A stretch of 40,000 nt of DNA from Proteus alimentorum (GTDB taxonomy: Bacteria; Pseudomonadota; Gammaproteobacteria; Enterobacterales; Enterobacteriaceae): NCBI RefSeq assembly GCF_002607735.1, contig NZ_NBVR01000034.1:6328-46327 (forward strand), written 5' to 3'. The notes beneath the pieces were generated by a model. The model did no database searches. It was given only the letters and a program-made list of their open reading frames with translations, and was not told where the DNA came from. How positions within the stretch are numbered: position 1 is the stretch's first letter; the number at the start of each line of letters is the position of its first letter. Shown here piece by piece: positions 36,719 through 40,000 of this stretch. Both the position numbers and the translations under genes were made by a program.

Positions 36719-38368
36719 TTAGAAAACTTGCATAATCGCATCAAACATGCTGTTGGCTGTTTGAATTACTTTTGCATTTGCCATGTAGTATTCTTGAATG
36801 CGATACATTTCACCGTACTCTTCATCCAAGTTCACACCAGAAACAGACTGTTGTTGTTCTACAATACTTTTAGTGATAGAAACCTGAGCATCGAAATCAA
36901 CTTGCGCGGTATTCACTTTATTACCGACCATACTGATCAGTGAGCCATAACCACCAGCAATTGTTGTTTTTCCATCAATAATTTTTGCATCGGGTAACTC
37001 AAACAGTTTTTTCATGTTTTCGTTATCACTTGGTGCCGTTTCACCATCTGCATTTAACGAACCCGCAGCAGCAATTTTACTTGGATCAGTGACCGCAACT
37101 TTCATACCTGCAATCACATTACCCACAGATTGAACAACAATGGAATCACCCGATTGAGCCTTGCCAGAGAGAGTCATTTTCATCCCTTCAAACTCTAGCT
37201 GATCACCTGTTTGAGTCGCTTCAAATTTACGATTACCAGGTTCTACAGTGACGTTCCATTTGCCACCTTCATACTTAACCGTATATTCGGCTGCTTTAAC
37301 TACTTTTGTATCTGTATATTCAACAGTAAAATTAGCATCGCCTTTGTTTTTACCGTTAGGCATTACATGAGCACCACCAAGGTCGAAGAATTTATCACCT
37401 TTTTTACCTTCTAGATCAAAACCTTGCTCATGTTGTTTATTAAATTGATCGCCCAACACTAACGCTAATTGGTTTAATTGGTTACGGCTTGGATCTAACA
37501 CTTCCTCACGGCTACGGTAAGCGCCGCCAAGTTCACCACCTTTAATGCGTTTTGCATCTACTTCACGAACTTCATCAATACCATTGCTATAACCGATAAC
37601 AAGGCGTTCGCTATTTTTACTTGATGGAATAGCAGAAACTTCATAAGAGCGAGTACCAGAGACTAATGGCAAACCATTAGCAAATGTGACGTTAACAAAA
37701 CCACCATCCTGTTGAGTGACTTGCACATCAACCAGTGTGTTTAGCTCTTGAATTAAACGATCGCGTTGGTCTAATAAATCGTTAGGATCAGCGCCATTAA
37801 AGCCTTTAGAACGACTAATTTCATTATTTAATTTTGCGATCTGTTTTGTATATTCATTGATATTTTTAGAGGTGTTAGTCACCTGACTATTAATATCTTT
37901 TTCGAGGTCACGCAATGATTGGTCTGCTTTAGCAAACATATTAACCATGGCTTCTGCTTTACCAATAACCGTTGTACGCGCAGGGTTATCTTCTGCGTTA
38001 TTGGTCACGTTTGGTAAGCTGGTAAAAAATTCGTCAATCGCACTCGAAACGTCATTCCCTTTATCTGCTAACAAATCATTAATTTGTGAGATATTTTGGG
38101 TATAGCTATTAAGTGCGCTCTGTTTTGACATTGCACGGTTCATTTGACCGGCAAGAAATTCGTTATACTCACGATGAATACGGCTAACATTAACACCATT
38201 ACCGATATAACCATTACCGGTCATTGTGCCGCTGTTTTCATTAAAAACAGTCATTTGACGGTTGTACCATTTTACATTTTGGTTAGCGATATTATTACTC
38301 ACAGTGCTCATCGCAGCTTGTGCCGCATTAAGTCCGCTCATCGCTGTATTAATTAAACTGTTGGACAT
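36719..38368 (-). CDS. flgK: Flagellar hook-filament junction protein FlgK (HAP1)
   Basis: 549 aa. MSNSLINTAMSGLNAAQAAMSTVSNNIAN... and the C-terminus SGVNLDEEYGEMYRIQEYYMANAKVIQTANSMFDAI match FlgK. Confidence 0.96.
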   Translation of the reverse strand: MSNSLINTAMSGLNAAQAAMSTVSNNIANQNVKWYNRQMTVFNENSGTMTGNGYIGNGVNVSRIHREYNEFLAGQMNRAMSKQSALNSYTQNISQINDLLADKGNDVSSAIDEFFTSLPNVTNNAEDNPARTTVIGKAEAMVNMFAKADQSLRDLEKDINSQVTNTSKNINEYTKQIAKLNNEISRSKGFNGADPNDLLDQRDRLIQELNTLVDVQVTQQDGGFVNVTFANGLPLVSGTRSYEVSAIPSSKNSERLVIGYSNGIDEVREVDAKRIKGGELGGAYRSREEVLDPSRNQLNQLALVLGDQFNKQHEQGFDLEGKKGDKFFDLGGAHVMPNGKNKGDANFTVEYTDTKVVKAAEYTVKYEGGKWNVTVEPGNRKFEATQTGDQLEFEGMKMTLSGKAQSGDSIVVQSVGNVIAGMKVAVTDPSKIAAAGSLNADGETAPSDNENMKKLFELPDAKIIDGKTTIAGGYGSLISMVGNKVNTAQVDFDAQVSITKSIVEQQQSVSGVNLDEEYGEMYRIQEYYMANAKVIQTANSMFDAIMQVF

Positions 38369-38447
38369 TTGTCTATCCTTTTACGTTTAGTCATCACCCG
38401 TATGCACGGAGCATAGCTGGCAAGTTAAATGGATGCTCTGGTCTTTA

Positions 38448-38474
38448 TTATCGGTTCTTCCCCTCTAAACTTGA
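38448..38474 (-). promoter_or_regulatory. sigma28 class 3 promoter of flgKL
   Basis: The minus strand reads TCAAGTTT-N11-ACCGATAA, 7/8 matches in each element, ending 79 nt upstream of the flgK ATG. Confidence 0.65.
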
Positions 38475-38485
38475 GGGGAAAATAA

Positions 38486-39472
38486 TTAAAATAGGTCGCT
38501 TAAATCGTGAGTATAAGTTTTAGCAACTTGCTCACCACTTCCTTTTAATTGACCAATAATTGAAACCAGTTTTTTCGCATAACCCGGATCGGTGGCATAA
38601 CCTGCTTCTTGAATACGGTAAGCCGCTTGTTCAGGGGTTTGAGCTTGAGGTACTTTGGCGTAACGAGGACTTTCAGTGATCAATCTGAGGTAATCTTGAA
38701 TAGCTTCAACATAGGAGCCATAAACACGGAAATTATCACGCATTTTAATTGAGTTACCATCAATCACTTCGGTTGTCATGATATTCGTGACAGGCCCTTT
38801 CCAGCTACTTCCTGCTTTAATACCAAACAGGTTATAACTTGGCTTACCATCGCCGGTGAGAATTTCACGTTTACCCCAACCTGATTCAAGCGCAGCTTGA
38901 GCAACAACTAAAAGATGGTGTACACCAGTACCTTCTGTGGCTTGTTTTGCAGGCCCTAACAGTTTTGATGCAAAAGAAGCACTGCTTTCAGATAAGCCCT
39001 TAAGCTTACCAAGCGTACTTTCAACGGCATTTTGATAAGGCTGCATCGCACGATAGAGTTGCCCCAAAGCTTGCGTTGGCATAGATTGAAAAATATCGCT
39101 ACCATCTAATGGCATTGGCGTTTTGCCAGCCATTTCACTTGGATCCATCGTGACTTTGGCAGAAAGTTGTTTTTCTATCATGTCAGCAAAGCCCAAGCCT
39201 TTTTGTGATAAGTCTTGAGCAATTTGTTGATCATAAAGAGAGGTGTACATCTTGGTACTTTCTGAGTTGAACATGCTTTCTTGAGGAATAGCATCGCGCA
39301 TGCTTTTTAACATCATTTGAACGAAAACACCTTCAAGTTGCTGCGCCACTTGGCGCAGCCCTTGCTGATCAGCATTTTGTCCAACCTGATATTTAAGTTT
39401 ATTCAATGCATTACTATCATATGCCGGCGCTGACATCGTCGACATTGAAGAAAGCAGAGATAAATCTTTCAT
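38486..39472 (-). CDS. flgJ: Flagellar rod assembly protein / peptidoglycan hydrolase FlgJ
   Basis: Start at MKDLSLLS (ATG 39472, overlapping the flgI TGA by 1 nt). N-terminal rod-binding block QQLEGVFVQMMLKSMRDA. C-terminal glucosaminidase block AQAALESGWGKRE...YNLFGIK. Confidence 0.93.
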   Translation of the reverse strand: MKDLSLLSSMSTMSAPAYDSNALNKLKYQVGQNADQQGLRQVAQQLEGVFVQMMLKSMRDAIPQESMFNSESTKMYTSLYDQQIAQDLSQKGLGFADMIEKQLSAKVTMDPSEMAGKTPMPLDGSDIFQSMPTQALGQLYRAMQPYQNAVESTLGKLKGLSESSASFASKLLGPAKQATEGTGVHHLLVVAQAALESGWGKREILTGDGKPSYNLFGIKAGSSWKGPVTNIMTTEVIDGNSIKMRDNFRVYGSYVEAIQDYLRLITESPRYAKVPQAQTPEQAAYRIQEAGYATDPGYAKKLVSIIGQLKGSGEQVAKTYTHDLSDLF

Positions 39473-40000
39473 CAGATAATCTCCAATCTCGCACGTAAGC
39501 AACCCGCGCTTTCCATTGCTTGCAAAATTGACATTAAATCAGTGGGTGTTGCACCTAATGCATTTAATGTGCGGATCACTTCGTTTAAGCTTGCGCTGGC
39601 ATTCACTTGTTGTAATGAGCCACCTTGTTCACTCATATTCACGCTAGTATTACGCGTTACAACAGTGCTTCCCCCAGCAAACGGGGTATTAGGTTGACTT
39701 ACATTAACTTGGCTATCAACCGTAACGGAAAGGTTGCCTTGTGCAATAGCACAGCTTCCTAATGTCACATCACGATTCATCACAACAGAACCGGTTCTTG
39801 CATTAATAATCACTTTCGCATCGGCAACAACACGTTTAATCTCAAGATTCTGAACTTCCGCCAAGAAACGGACTTGTTCACTTTTACCGATAGGAACACG
39901 TAGTTGAACGGTACGTGCATCTAAAGGAATAGCCGTACCCACACCGCGTAATTTATTAACGGTATCAGAGATGTGTTGCGCTAAAGTGAAGTTTTCTTCA
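39472..40000 (-). CDS. flgI: Flagellar P-ring protein FlgI (3' part; the gene continues beyond the window)
   Basis: The frame stays open to position 40000. [23 protein letters not shown]...[31 protein letters not shown] is the conserved FlgI C-terminus. Confidence 0.93.
   Translation of the reverse strand, partial: EENFTLAQHISDTVNKLRGVGTAIPLDARTVQLRVPIGKSEQVRFLAEVQNLEIKRVVADAKVIINARTGSVVMNRDVTLGSCAIAQGNLSVTVDSQVNVSQPNTPFAGGSTVVTRNTSVNMSEQGGSLQQVNASASLNEVIRTLNALGATPTDLMSILQAMESAGCLRARLEII

Noticed and set aside
36234-38356. Plus-strand ORFs inside flgL and flgK (36234.., 36447.., 36689.., 37211.., 38144..)
   Set aside because: They are antisense to confidently identified flgL and flgK, and are shadow ORFs.

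Overview
AT-rich enterobacterial chromosome, most likely Proteus or a close Morganellaceae relative. This is inferred from the flagellin N-terminus, the low G+C, and fliR lying directly next to flgL in one contiguous flagellar locus. The backbone is the flagellar regulon: fliC (minus strand), divergent fliD-fliS-fliT, then fliE (minus), divergent fliFGHIJK and fliLMNOPQR, and convergent flgL-flgK-flgJ-flgI (minus, running off the right edge). Near-consensus sigma28 promoters are readable upstream of fliC, fliD and flgK. Three kinds of non-flagellar DNA interrupt the locus. (1) A P22-type integrase at the left edge abuts the flagellin terminator. (2) A roughly 4.7 kb accessory block (4.7-9.4 kb) holds an ElaA-like GNAT, a DUF2235/Tle1-like hydrolase, a YdgC/GlpM membrane protein, small unknowns, and a beta-solenoid repeat protein preceded by a good LexA box. 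(3) A 13.4 kb cryptic prophage (9446-22861) sits in the last codons of fliE, bounded by a perfect 19-bp direct repeat. The prophage keeps only a baseplate/tail-fibre module, an ant/arc-like region, a few early genes, xis, and an internally deleted int. It also carries a RexA/RexB-like pair behind a 19/20 LexA box, followed by a separate multi-TM gene. I rate this the most interesting candidate system. A very AT-rich two-gene cassette of unknown function lies between fliR and flgL. I found no tRNA, rRNA or CRISPR array.
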